Shown here piece after piece: positions 31,421-32,000 of a stretch of DNA of 32,000 bases (position 1 is the stretch's first letter; each line of letters starts with the position of its first letter). The translations under genes and the position numbers were made by a program. The notes below the pieces were generated by a model that did no database searches, was not told the DNA's origin, and saw nothing but the letters and a program-made list of their open reading frames with translations. The stretch is from Mycobacterium tuberculosis H37Rv (GTDB lineage: Bacteria > Actinomycetota > Actinomycetes > Mycobacteriales > Mycobacteriaceae), in assembly GCF_000195955.2 (NCBI RefSeq), contig NC_000962.3:4140001-4172000 (forward strand), in the 5' to 3' direction.

Positions 31421-32000
31421 ATGAAGGCGGTGACCTGCACCAACGCAAAGCTCGAGGTAGTCGACCGGCCGTCCCCGGCGCCGGCCAAGGGTCAACTGTT
31501 GCTCGATGTGCTGCGGTGCGGTATCTGCGGATCGGACCTGCATGCCCGCTTGCACTGTGATGAACTGGCCGACGTGATGGCCGAATCTGGCTACCACGCC
31601 TTCATGCGATCGAATCAGCAGGTGGTGTTCGGACACGAGTTCTGTGGCGAGGTGGTCGATTACGGTCCCGGCACCCGCAGGACCCCTAGGCGCGGCACCC
31701 CGGTCGTCGCCATGCCGCTGCTGCGGCGTGGCAACAAAGAGGTGCACGGGATCGGGCTTTCGACAATGGCGCCGGGCGCCTACGCCGAGCGGCTCGTCGT
31801 CGAGCAGTCGCTGACGTTTCCTGTCCCGAACGGGCTGGCGCCCGAGATAGCCGCGCTGACCGAGCCCATGGCCGTCGGATGGCACGCCGTCCGGCGCGGC
31901 GAGGTGGGCAAGGGCGACGTCGCGATCGTGATCGGGTGCGGTCCGATCGGCCTCGCGGTGATCTGCATGCTGAAGTCGCGCGGGGTACACACGGTGATCG
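31421..32000 (+). CDS. Zinc-containing medium-chain alcohol dehydrogenase (partial, runs off window)
   Basis: MKAVTCTNAKLEVVDRPSPAPAKGQLLLDVLRCGICGSDLHARLH...VVFGHEFCGEVVDYG...AIVIGCGPIGLAVICMLKSRG. Confidence 0.92.
   Translation, partial: MKAVTCTNAKLEVVDRPSPAPAKGQLLLDVLRCGICGSDLHARLHCDELADVMAESGYHAFMRSNQQVVFGHEFCGEVVDYGPGTRRTPRRGTPVVAMPLLRRGNKEVHGIGLSTMAPGAYAERLVVEQSLTFPVPNGLAPEIAALTEPMAVGWHAVRRGEVGKGDVAIVIGCGPIGLAVICMLKSRGVHTVI

Noticed and set aside
31211-31990. 259-aa minus-strand ORF covering the alcohol dehydrogenase
   Set aside because: The N-terminal 200 residues are antisense to a conserved ADH. Only the C-terminal 48 residues from ATG 31357 look protein-like and are reported separately.

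Overview
The window is an ordinary, gene-dense, GC-rich actinobacterial chromosome segment. Gene content, order and protein sequences match the Mycobacterium tuberculosis complex region I know as about Rv3697c to Rv3726. That assignment is from recalled knowledge; no database search was run. It contains: a VapBC toxin-antitoxin pair (VapC truncated by the window edge); a GCS2-type ligase homologue and a SAM methyltransferase next to the complete ergothioneine cluster egtA-egtB-egtC-egtD-egtE; a PknH-sensor-like secreted protein; two paralogous His-rich membrane proteins; a DUF4185-like secreted protein; asd and ask; leuA with an in-frame 57-bp VNTR; dnaQ; a 59-bp VNTR; murT/gatD; an AbiEi/DUF559-like protein; recR and a YbaB-like protein; a peptidoglycan amidase; an SRPBCC protein; an FAD oxidoreductase/CFA-type methyltransferase pair; dnaX; an aminotransferase; SRP RNA; tRNA-Ser(GGA); lucA; a frameshifted cutinase; an SDR with an apparent C-terminal frameshift; and a zinc alcohol dehydrogenase. 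There is no CRISPR array, prophage or IS element. The best leads are: (1) a putative leaderless 41-codon uORF with mutually exclusive RNA pairings upstream of leuA; (2) a 10-bp inverted repeat between vapB and the divergent ligase gene that overlaps the latter's predicted start; (3) a one-base frameshift that swaps the C-terminus of the SDR gene, about 1.3 kb from another one-base frameshift in the cutinase; (4) apparent kinship of the 57-bp coding VNTR and the 59-bp intergenic VNTR; (5) the FAD-oxidoreductase/methyltransferase lipid module; (6) the GCS2-like ligase beside the ergothioneine genes.
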